Shown here piece after piece: positions 12,519 through 22,500 of a stretch of DNA of 41,551 nucleotides. This DNA comes from Balamuthia mandrillaris (Eukaryota), in contig JAVKOQ020000007.1 in assembly GCA_031835245.2 (NCBI GenBank), positions 434,001-475,551 on the forward strand, written 5' to 3'. Under the pieces are notes generated by a model. The model was given only the letters and a program-made list of their open reading frames with translations. It was not told the origin of the DNA and did not search any database. Every line of letters starts with the position of its first letter. Position 1 is the stretch's first letter. Both the position numbers and the translations under genes were made by a program.

Positions 12519-12549
<31 letters not shown>

Positions 12550-13627
12550 GTCTGCTTGTGTTGTTGTTTGATGTTCTTCTTCTTGATCTTCTTCTATCCT
12601 CTTCTTTTTTCTTCTTCTCTCTTGTTTGCAAGTATTGGTCTAACAAAGAGGTGATTGATTGAATGCGTGAATGAAGGTGAGAAGAACAGGAGGAGGAGTT
12701 GGACGGAGGCCCCCCTCACGTGGTCATCACAAGAAAGTGGTCAGCAAGCCCGTTGAGGATGCTCCCGCCACCGTGCCTGATCCATCTCTTGTTTGCTCTG
12801 ATAAAGTTGAAGATGAATCGGTTCGTTCTCTCTCTCTCTCTCTCATTTTCTCTCTCATTTTCTCTCTTCTCTTTCTTCTATGCGTTAACATGAAAAAACA
12901 GAAGTTAACAGCAGAAGGAAGCGGGGGAGGAGGTGGAGGTTCACGACGCGGACCATCAGCAGCGTTACGAGCGGGCGGCGGCAGCGCCATCAACATGCAA
13001 GATGTGCTGCGCGTACGCTTGAAGAAGACCGGCGAGACTCCTCTGAGCTCCTCCATGCCACTCCTGCCCATTCCCGGAGGGGGAATGCCACCGCCGTCGC
13101 CAGGAGGAGGGATGCCACCTCCTTTGGCTCCGTTGCCTCCTCGCTTGTCAGCTAGAAACAGCCCTCGTCCAAACTCTTTGCCATCACCGCATGAAGGTCC
13201 AGGCGACCCTGTTGCTTCTTCCCTACGCCACTCCTTGCCTCCTTCCTCTCCTCCGCTCTCTCCCACTTCCTCTTCGGTTTCTCCTTACTTTGGTGCTTCC
13301 AACGGAGTGGACGCTGCTTCGTTCTCCTCGTCGGAGCAGTTGGCGGAGGGGGCGTTCACAAAGGAAGGATGGAGCAAGAAGAAGGCCTCTGTAGGCGCCA
13401 TCCTCACCAACTTCTTCAGCAAGCGAGCCAAGAAGGAGGACCTGGTGGAAAGAGGCATCCTCGCTCCCTCCGCCGCCGATGGATCCGGCATGAAGCGATC
13501 GGTCTCCTTCTCCAGGACCGCCGTCAGAGGAGATGCGGTCAACGCAGTGCCGGAGCCCTCCAAAGCCGTCAAGAAGAAAGGCATCAAGTCCAAGATCTTT
13601 GGTCGAAAGAAGAAACCTGCTGGCTAG
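11507..13627 (+). CDS. Acidic proline-rich putative actin regulator with LPPPP repeats, an IQ motif, a WH2-like motif and an RPEL-like motif (exons about 11507-12409, 12677-12820, 12902-13627)
   Basis: Motifs: AATLIQATWRGYKQRKDY (IQ), INMQDVLRVRLKKT (WH2-like), LTNFFSKRAKKEDLVERGIL (RPEL-like). GTTCGT donors at 12410 and 12821 splice in frame to acceptors ending at 12676 and 12901. The start is uncertain because the ATG follows a TAG acceptor-like site. Confidence 0.75.
12443..12548 (+). repeat. Compound (CCT)n(TCT)n trinucleotide microsatellite, intronic
   Basis: Directly visible; lies inside predicted intron 12410-12676. Confidence 0.9.
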
Positions 13628-13733
13628 AAAAACGGAAAGAAAGAAGAAAGAGAGGAGAAAGAAGAGAGCAACGGAGGAGAGAACAGAGAAGCAGGGTGTA
13701 ATGATGTTGATGAATGTTTGTATTATTTTTTTT

Positions 13734-13948
13734 TCAACTTTGTTGAGCGACTTCCTTACGGTCGTGTTGGATGGCGGCTTTTTGGCAGGAGCGAATGGTG
13801 CCGGCCACGTGAAGGGAGGCAAGGATGAGGGGCCGCTCGTTGAGGGCGGTCATGAGGGTGAGTGCGGACCAGACCATCTGGTAGTGGTCGCGAGGGCAGC
13901 GTATGATACACATGTTGGTTTGGTGGTTGAAGTACTTCACTGTGTTTC

Positions 13949-13993
<45 letters not shown>

Positions 13994-14279
13994 GACGAAT
14001 GAGGGGGAGAGAAGGGAAAAAAGGAGGATTTGAAGAAGAAGAAGAAGAAGAAGAAGAAGAAGAAGAAGAAGAACAAGAACAAGAACAAGAACAAGAACAA
14101 GAACAAGAAGCACCTTGTAAAGATTGCGAGACGGCCCCTAAGCCCCAATCTCCAAAGTCGTTCGAGATCTGGTTGCGAAGCGCCCGTAGGATCTTACCGG
14201 AATCCAGAGAGGGATCAACGGTGGCCGGCTCTCGCCACCGCAACTCCACCAGGATGTACCTGTTCTTGAATCTCACCAT
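13734..14279 (-). CDS. POP5: RNase P/MRP subunit Pop5 (exons 14279-14114 and 13939-13734; 123 aa)
   Basis: MVRFKNRYILVEL..NDFGDWGLG..SLQ|VKYFNHQTNMCIIRCPRDHYQMVWSALTLM..LHVAGTIRSCQK is the typical Pop5/Rpp14 signature. Phase-1 GT-AG intron at 13940-14113. Confidence 0.93.
13955..14110 (-). repeat. Compound microsatellite filling the POP5 intron: (GA)n, (GAA)n and (GAACAA)n on the + strand
   Basis: Directly visible; pyrimidine-rich on the gene's sense (-) strand. Confidence 0.9.
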
Positions 14280-14635
14280 CAGATCTTTTCTTTTTTTCTT
14301 CCTTCTTTTTTTTTTTTGATAGTAATCCAATCATTATTCAAAAGCAAATCGATCGATTAAGATCTTATGTGACGTAGGTTCGACTCTTATCCGAGGCAAT
14401 TCTTTTTTTGTTCGTGGCTGCACGACGTCAGAATGTGAAGCAACTGTGCAGCGCTTGTAATTTTTGTTTTGTCGACAACAAATAGGCCTTTAATAAATTT
14501 TTTTTGAGGGGCGAAAGCAAAAAAAAAAGAACAGAAGCAGCAAAGCAAGCGGCAGGCCTTTGTTTTTGCAGCAACAGCGGCGAATTAGGGTGCAAAGTGA
14601 TTCACAAAGAATTTTTATTATATACATAAACCACA
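14280..14635. promoter_or_regulatory. Probable bidirectional promoter between POP5 and the EF-hand gene
   Basis: Head-to-head starts about 356 bp apart. Contains palindromes AATCGATCGATT (14347-14358) and TTGTCGACAA (14469-14478), and TGACGT-type motifs. Confidence 0.5.
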
Positions 14636-15438
14636 ATGGTACCATACACCCACCGTAGCCCCACGCTTTCTCTCTTTTTGGATGATTTTTTTTTTGTTAA
14701 TTTGTTTTTGCGTTATCTTTGGTTCGATTAACCTGCTACACGCATAATGTGTTGCTCTCTTCTCTTTCTTCTTTCGTCTTTTATTTTTTCTTTTTCTTCT
14801 CATCAAACTAAAACATTTGTGGAAATTATTATAATGTGTAGGGAGCAAACAGCGTAAAAGGATTGGTTTTGATGGAGACCATCTTCCCCTCCGCGGATAA
14901 CTCCACCGTCTTTGATGACCCCAAGCTGAAGGCCAAGCTACAGAAGGAGATGAAGAAGGGCAACGTGCGCATCCCGCAGGTAGGGGACGAGGTGGACGTG
15001 GACGAGGACCTAGACTCCAAGCTAGACAAGTCGGTGGCGGAGTGCTGGTCCTACTACGACAACAAGAGCAAGGGCAGCATCAACAAGAAGCAGATCCAAC
15101 AGTTCTTCAAGGACTGCTTTGAGCTCTACGCCCTGCGCAAGAGGATGAAGCCCAAGGAGTGTATGGCCCCCGGCGTCAACAGCAAGCAGGCCCTCGAGAC
15201 CTGCACCCGCATGATGGATAAGAGCGGCACGGGCATGGTCAACCAGGGCGCCTTTGTGGAGTTCATCAACGAGTGCAGCTTGGAGGAGGTCATCGGCCCG
15301 TTCATCAACCAGAACACCTTTGACATCTCCTCCAGACTGCCGCAGAACATGATGTTCGACCCCTCCACTCTGCCCAAGAACACGGACAAGCCTCAGGCCA
15401 ACCAGATCCAATACCGTGACTACAACCAGAGTTTGTAA
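14636..15438 (+). CDS. Small EF-hand-like protein; first coding exon is probably the ATG alone (14636-14638), intron 14639-14841, exon 2 14842-15438
   Basis: Helix-loop-helix pairs CWSYYDNKSKGSINKKQIQQFF and RMMDKSGTGMVNQGAFVEFI; strong coding codon bias. ATG|GTACC...TGTGTAG|GGA splices in frame to give MGANSVKGLVLMETIF. An alternative start is ATG 14872. Confidence 0.75.
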
Positions 15439-15943
15439 GTTCTTTATTTTTTTATTGTACTTTTTTTTTCCGATCAGTTCAAAAAACCCCAAGTGGAATG
15501 GCTCCCTTTCTCTTTATTCACCTCTTGGCAACCCCAAGAGAAGAACGATGACCCCGCGTTTTGGCTCCATCGCGATCGCACGGCATGGCCGGCAGACAGC
15601 TCTTTGCACTGTGCACGAGCGGAGGGTTGATGAAGTATGCATAGAAGAGAGGATTTGCAGTGGTGGCTCATTGTTTGGCTGCAGAGGGAAGGCTTTGTGA
15701 GAAGACGCTTCTCTCTCTCTCTCTCTCTCTCCTCTCTCCGCTTCGGGCAAACTGAAGTTGCTGCTTCATTGCAAACAGTATCTCCTCAATTGCGGGAGGG
15801 GTGCAACATCCCCCCCATGGCCAGAATTGTCTGCCGCTCGACACCACTTTGCCTCAGTGGCCTTTTTAAGAAATGATGGCGAAAAAGGAAATGCTGTATG
15901 TCACAAGGGTTTTTATTTTTTTCTCTTTTTGTTTGTTTGGTGT

Positions 15944-17036
15944 TCAAGGAACGAAGCCAAATGGCGCAGTATCTTTGCTGCACAGAGGCCAAGCCTCTTT
16001 AACGGCAGAGCGTGCCTCGTTCTTGCAATCTTCTCCCAACTCCAAAGACAAAATCGCTCTCCGCCGAATGCACCTCTTAGCACACAATGATTGGTGAAAA
16101 AAGCAGAGAGAGAATGAGGGAAGATAAAGAATGAAGAGAACAAAAAGACAAAGAGAGGAGGGAGGAGGTTTGTACAAACCCTGTGTTGACCTCCTATGGT
16201 GAAATTGCCTCTAGCAAACTCCTGATACCAGTGGCAATCGCCACTGAGGCTTGCTGCTCGTATCTAATATATGCAAGAGAGAGAAGAGAGAGCGAGAAAT
16301 GAGAGAGAGAGAAGAGAGGAGAGAGGGAGAGGAGAGAGTGAGAAATGAGAGAGAGAAGAGGAGAGAGGAGAGGAGTACCTCGCTGCAAGCATGGTGAACG
16401 CAGTTCTTCCAGTTGAGCTTCGCTCTACAGTCATCATAGGCATGAATGAGCTCATGCACTAGGGTTACATTCAGCTGTGTCCAACTTACAAAGTTGTTCT
16501 CGCAAAGAACAATCTAAAGGAGCAGCGAAGTCATGAATGAACTTCGAAAAGGAACAAAAAGAGTGGAGTTAGAGGAAGAAAACGTACGCCCTCACTTCGG
16601 CTCCAGTAGCCAAGAGAGTTGTTGCACGGCTTGCAAGTGAAAAACTTAAAGGGGTCCACCGGACACCCTTTGTCAGAGAGCGCAGCCAACATGTGGTTCA
16701 CGTGCATATCTATTTTTTTTTTTTTGGAGTTTCGTGTGTTTGTGCCACTGAAAAAAAGAAGAGAAGAGAAAGGAAAAGAAACAAACCATTCGTGAGCGCT
16801 TTGAATAGCCATTCTTTGCACTGCTGATGTTCCACGCTGTCCTTTGCGGTGGTGGGCGTGGAGGAAGGTTCCGGTTGCGATGCAGATGCCTCGCTTGAGA
16901 GCGGAGAAAAGAGTCTCCTTCGCCTGTCGCTGCTATTTCCACCGTGGGGATAGCCTCCGCTGCCTGTGCTGCTCTCCTCCTGCTGCTCGGCGGGGCGTGC
17001 CCGCTCCTTTCTCCGCAGCTCTTCCCTCCATTCCAT
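15944..17036 (-). CDS. ATP23: Mitochondrial inner-membrane metalloprotease ATP23 (peptidase M76), 5 exons
   Basis: Spliced sequence IVLCENN..TLVHELIHAYDDCRAKLNWKNCVHHACSE|IRAASLSGDC..RCIRRRAILS..DTAPF contains the HExxH motif and the family-specific ACSEIRA motif. Confidence 0.93.
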
Positions 17037-17213
17037 CTCTCCTTTTTTTTTTGCTATTTATTTTATTTTATTTGGCGGAATTTTGTGAACAAGTTGTACA
17101 GAAATGGTTGACACACTACATATCCATCCAATAATTATTTTGAGCAGGCGAATTGTCGTTGATAGGTTTGCGAAAATATTGACAGTAATCGGCAGAGGGA
17201 AAAAAAAGGAAAA

Positions 17214-18355
17214 ATGAAGAAAGAAGAAGAATGCAGCGAAGAAGAAGTAACAAGTGAAGAAGAGGAAGAAAGTGGTGAAGGAGGAGGAGAAGAAGAAGGG
17301 GAGGAGGAAGAGGAAAGTGGCAACGAGGAAGAATCAGAAGAAGACGAGAGTGAAGCGGAGGTGGAGGAGGAGAGTGAGGTAGAAGAGGATGAAAGCGAAG
17401 CAGCTCCGTGGTATTCAGAGGAGGAGGAGGCGGAGGAAGCAGAACAACGGCGGGTGAACAGAAAGAGACAACGAGTGGACAAAGACGGAAAGATCGTATG
17501 GATAGGTCCGGAAACGCGCAGAGAACGCAACACTCCCGTACAGGACCTTCACCTGTTGGACGCTCGCTCCTTTGACATCATCGACATCGACATAGAGGCC
17601 AAAGAAGGCACCTGCGAGGTGGAAGCGCTGGTGGCATGGCTTTCCACCGCTCAGGCCACGCTGAAAGAGCTTCGGCTGGGCCACGACCTGCAACAATACG
17701 CCGGAGAGGAGGACGTCATCGCTCAACTTCACAAGGCAGGCTGTGTCTTCTCTGCCCTTCACAGCCTTGCCTTCTGTCCTCCTCGTTACCTCTCGTGGAA
17801 CACTTGTTCTTCTCTTCCACACAAAGCTGCAGAAGAACGAGAAGAAGAAGACGAAGAGGAGGAGGAGGAAGAAGAACCCATTTCCATGCCAACATTTGGA
17901 GGCAGCCCAAGCCTCTTGCTGCACATCCACTCAATATTTCCTGGCTTGCAATCCTTTGAGCTGGGCGGCAACAGCAGGATCAAAAGCTTGCCCAGAAGTT
18001 TGGCGACATCGTTGCCCCTGCTGCAGCGCCTCCGGTTGGTGGACTGCCCCGCCATGCTCTGCCGGCCTTTGGGAGAGTTCCTGAGAACGGCACGCAATCT
18101 CCAGCAGGTCTCGGTGGAGATGGATCAGGTCTCTTTTGGCTTTTTGCGGCCGGTTTCTTGCAGAACCCGAGAATCTGTTGACAAGTTCGTATATTCTAAC
18201 CTCTCGTGCATTCTTCCTCCTTCCTCCTTCCTCCTTCCTTCCTTCTTCCTTCCATCTCTCTTCTTTCATTTGTTGATGGTTGTTCAATCTCGCTGAGAAG
18301 ATATGCGGAGAAGTTATTGTGGATAGGACGAGACGAAGCAATAAGCAACTGCTAG
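17214..18355 (+). CDS. Hypothetical protein with a Glu-rich N-terminus and LRR-like repeats (RNI/F-box-LRR-like)
   Basis: Long ORF with LxxLxL-type units (LKELRL, LHSLAF, LQSFEL, LQRLRL, LQQVSV). A probable last intron from GTTCGT near 18185 to AG 18300 gives the C-terminus KYAEKLLWIGRDEAISNC*. The 3' end is inferred. Confidence 0.6.
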
Positions 18356-18442
18356 TTGTTGGACCTTTCGGTTTTGTAGATAAGCTTAAGGGAAGAAGAA
18401 GCTCTTCTATTTCCTTGTTGGTCCTTGATTTCTCTCTTTCTT

Positions 18443-19555
18443 TCACAAGAACTCAGCGTGGCCTTCATAACAGACGCCATTGGCAGCTGCAGAGCCCAAC
18501 TTCAAGAACTCCTCGTTGTAGTAGAGGTGCTTGGTGTCCACCAGATCCACATACAGCTTCCCCCACAGATGGTCTATTTCGTGCTGCAGCACGCCAGCGG
18601 CGTAGCCCACTGCTTTGATCTTCCTCTCGGTGGCCGTCTCGTCCAAGTAGGTCATGTGGCAGTGCTTGAAGCGACTCACCTTCCCGCTTTGTGTTTTCCA
18701 AAGAGGTTGATATGAGACAGAGAGAGAACAAGAGAGAAGAGGAGACGCCGAGAAGCAGAAGATAAACTTACGTAAGGCCAGGAACGGAGAGGCAGCCTTC
18801 CCACATGAAAATCTTTTCGGTAGTGGGGAACTCGAGCTTAGGATTAAATATTACAGTTCTAGTTGTGTGGACAGCAAAAAAAAAGTGTTGGCACAAAAAA
18901 AAAAAGTGATCAAGGTAAAAAGATAATCACCACACACGAACCTTGGAAAAGGCTTCACGCTGGCCATCCCCGCGGGGATCTCTACGATCACCACCTGTTT
19001 GTTTACGGAGATCTGGGGCGCGGCAAGGCCGATCCCGTTCTGTGCTTTCATGGTGGCCAGCATGTCCTTCACAAGGACTTTGGTAGAGGGGTTGAGTATC
19101 TCTTGCCTGGTAAACGGGCTGGACATCACCCGCAGCACCGGGTTCCCCAGCCGAGCCACCTGTCGTGCCGTCATCTCTCTCTTTGCGGTGTTTTTCAACC
19201 CTAAGTTTTGAAATTCTAAGAAAAAATTGGAATGAAAGCGAGCGAAGAGAAGAGAGAAGAGAGACGAGAGGAGAGATGAGAGAGTGCTCCGGATAATGAG
19301 AGAAGAGAGAAGAGAGAAGAGAGAAGAGAGAAGAGAGAAGAGAGAAGAGAGAAGAGAGAAGAGAGAAGAGAGAAGAGAGAAGAGAGAGAGAGAAGAGAAG
19401 AGAGAAGAGAGAAGAGAGAAGAGAGAAGAGAGAAGAGAGAAGAGAGAAGAGAGAAGAGAGAAGAGAGAAGAGAGAAGAGAGAGGAACAGAAAAATACGAG
19501 AGTTTCTGCGTTTTATAAATAATGGTTGGAGGGGGGGGGATCTGCTACAGCTCAT
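18443..19555 (-). CDS. PDF: Peptide deformylase, probably mitochondrial; catalytic part begins at ATG 19174, with a putative presequence exon at 19555-19498
   Basis: All three PDF motifs are present after splicing: GIGLAAPQ, EGCLS and QHEIDHL, plus N-terminal LGNPVLR. The upstream exon is inferred (see findings). Confidence 0.92.
19297..19482 (-). repeat. Heptamer tandem repeat (AGAGAAG)n on the + strand, roughly 25 copies
   Basis: Directly visible; lies inside the predicted first PDF intron (19201-19497). Confidence 0.9.
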
Positions 19556-22500
19556 CGACAACAGGCTCTTCCTCTTGTCCATGAGAGTGATGGATGTGCG
19601 TGGGGTGGTGGTGATGCTGATGGTGGTGATGGTCGGTGAGTACCACATCATCATGCTCATCCTCAGGTTGGTGCAGCGCTGAGGCAGCCTCTTCCGATGC
19701 ATGTAAGTGGTGATGCTGGTGCTGTTGCTGGTGATGGTGATGGTGATGTTCCTGATCGACAGCGGCGGTGGTACCGTCCACAACGATGTGCTCTGTGGTG
19801 ACCCCAGTAGCTCCTGAGTGTGGAAAGTGTTGCATGTGGTGCGGCTCCAGGGAAACTAATCCATGGTGATGATGCGGGGATCCAAAATGAAGGAGCTGTT
19901 GTTGCTGTTGTTGCTGGAACTGAAGCTGCTGTTGTTGAAGCTCCAAGGCAGAAGGCTCCAATGGCAACGTGGCAAACTGTGGTTGTTGTGGTTGTTGAAG
20001 TTCTTGTTGTTGTTGATGATGGTGATGCAAAGCAGCGGCAGCTGAGGAATTGGTGGCAGCGGCATACTGCTGGGCGAGGCCTTGCAAGTGCAGCTGCACA
20101 GCCGTTATTTGGCTTGGCGTCAGCGATTGCATCAGCTCCGTTGTGGTTGCGGTGACCCCGCCGTTGTTAACGGTTGCTAGGTTATTTGTGCTGTTGTTAT
20201 TATTGTTGCTGGCTAGGGAGGAAGCGATGGTGGGGGAGGAAGTGCCGTTGGTGAGGTGTTGATGAGGAATGGGTTGCATGTTTTTGAGCAACATGGTTTC
20301 CAAGCTTTGCAGAATATCGCGCAGGGAGTTGGGGTCTCGCAGAGCGTTGAGATTGGCTTCTTGCAACTGCTGCTGTTGTTGTTGCGAGAAAGATGAAAGG
20401 GTAGTGGTGGAAGAAGAGGAGGAAGAGGGGGAGGAGGAAAAGCATGAGATAGGAGCAGAAGAGAAGGCAGCAGTAGAGAGCATGGGGGCCGAGGGTGAGA
20501 TGGCAGTAGCGGAAGAGGGAATAGAAGGTGCAAGAGGGAGCGCAGAGGAGGAGGTGCAAGCGGCGGATGAAGCAGCCACTGCAGCAGCCACAACAGCAGC
20601 AGCTTCCACCGCAGAGGAGACATCAATTCCCATGGCGGCCAGTTCGGCAAGGTTAGCCTGATGGGTGGCCATCAGAGCAGCGGCAGGCGAGACGTGGGCA
20701 GCCAATTGGCCCGTGACTTCGTGCTGCATCTTGAGGGCCTTGTTGCGAGCAGCGACCAAGCTGCGCCACCGAGAGTAGCACTGAGCGCCCGTCCACTTGG
20801 TTCCTTCCGCCACGTCCGACCATACAATGTCCTTCATGACCTTGTAACCTCCCACCAGCACCCGTTGTATGAGCAGGAAATCATCCTCGGGAGACCAAAG
20901 CTGCTTGTTGAGGGAAGGATCCAAGGCTTTGAACCAGTGGCTGCGGCATTGATTGTAGTTCCTTGTGCCCATCTGCTGCGAGATTCGCACCCAAAACTCT
21001 CCCCCAGAGGGCACCACAAAAGGTCGGGAGGGATCCTTCTTTCTGGGCTTGGCTTTGCGCTTCTTGGGTTTCCTGGGAGGCGGACTGCTGCTGGCGGAGT
21101 CTCCATCACTGCTCGAGCTGGCAGAGGCAGCAGCCTCCGCGATGGCATCAGCGTCAGTCTCCGGCAAAAGGGCGGGCAGAGCATCAGCCTCGGTGGTGGG
21201 CGTGGCAGTGCCAGAGTTGGCATCCATTATGGCCTTTTGCACCAACATCGTCAGCCTTTGGTCCTCCGCCTCGGTCCAAGGTCCTTTGGTCAGTTTTGTG
21301 GGTTCAATGCTCATTGAGCGGATTTTGTCGCGAACGCTGCCGCGATTGCGGCCCATCTTTCTACCTATCTTGGCCCAGTTCCTGCCGTACTTGGCATAGA
21401 GCCTCTTCAGCTGGGCCACTTCTTCCGGAGTGTAGGCTCCTGTGTTGATGTTGCGGTCATTGCGGCTGAAGCACCGCCGACAGTGATCAAAGCAAGCACT
21501 GATGGAGCGATCTGGCAGCACCGAGGCGATTTCCTTCCAGCAACCCTTGAACTGCCGGAAGCTCTTCTGGCTGAGGAAGGCTGCTATAGAGGTTCTGTCG
21601 GTGCCCAAGTCGTTCTTTGCACAATAGTCCTGGATGGCTTTGTAGAGTTTCATGTCTTCCTCCTGGGAGAATTTGCCTTTCTTCACGTGTTGCTTGCTGT
21701 TGCGCCACCGAGTTCCGCCGCCCTTCTCTTTGCGATCGCCTTCTTGTTCATGCTCCACAACACCCACCAAGGCAGCAGCCAAGCCATCTTCCTCCGATTC
21801 ATCTGGCATCTCCGTTTGTTGTTGATGTACGTCTTCTCGTGCGTTCTCGATCGTAAGGGCGCTGTCCTCCACACCACCGGTCATGCTCGCGTAAATGTGT
21901 CCAGCGTCACCATTCTCAAGGTTGGCATGTTGATGGTGGTGTTGTTGCTGTTGTTGCTGTTGTTGAAGCGCCAAATGATGGATGTGGGCTGCTTGAGCAT
22001 GGGCATGAGCTACTGCCAAAGAAGACAAAAGAGCATTTGCTTGCGTTGTGTCCCAACCAACCCCAGTAGGGTCCAGCATCGTGTGGTGGTGTTGGGCTTG
22101 AGATTGATGGTCTGAGCTGTCGGCTTCGTGCGGTGCGCCCTGGTGCAGCAGATCTTGATCTTCCGCCTCACTCTGCCCATCCCCTGCCAACACCAACGCG
22201 CCATGGCCTGCGTCCTCCTCTCCCTCGTTCCTATCTTGCGTGTGATGCTGTGGTTGCGACTCTTGACGACTGCGCTTTGTGGGTGGTTGAGTAGCAAGCA
22301 ATGCATGCTGTTGCGCAGCTTCCACGTCTATATCCACTTCCTCAGTGCCATGTTCGTGTTCATGTTCATGTTCGTGTGCATGCACATGCTCCTGCTCGCC
22401 CTGTCGTTGGTCGTCGTGATGATGCTGCTCTAAGTGGTGCACTAGGGAGTGGTGGTGAGGGTAGTCCAACAAGCTTTGATCTTCCACCCCTGCCTCTCCG

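Noticed and set aside
12410..12676. Poly-Pro/poly-Ser C-terminus (and antisense poly-Arg, alternative-frame poly-Leu ORFs) in the ORF track
   Set aside because: This is a (CCT)n(TCT)n microsatellite inside a phase-0 GTTCGT...AAG intron; splicing joins the two flanking ORFs.
14374..14390. tRNA T-arm / Pol III B-box-like GTAGGTTCGACTCTTAT
   Set aside because: I could not fold a matching acceptor stem, D-arm or anticodon arm around it. tRNAscan-SE would settle it.
15440..15940. About 500-bp gap with short ORFs between the EF-hand gene and ATP23
   Set aside because: No supportable coding or RNA-gene signal; probably convergent 3'UTRs.
18443..19174. PDF and FMT as bacterial or endosymbiont contamination
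   Set aside because: Both contain host-style spliceosomal introns and sit among clearly eukaryotic genes.
19297..19482. Regular repeat array resembling a CRISPR or a coding (LLSSLFS)n / (REERREK)n repeat
   Set aside because: Simple 7-bp tandem repeat without spacers, in a eukaryotic intron-like context.
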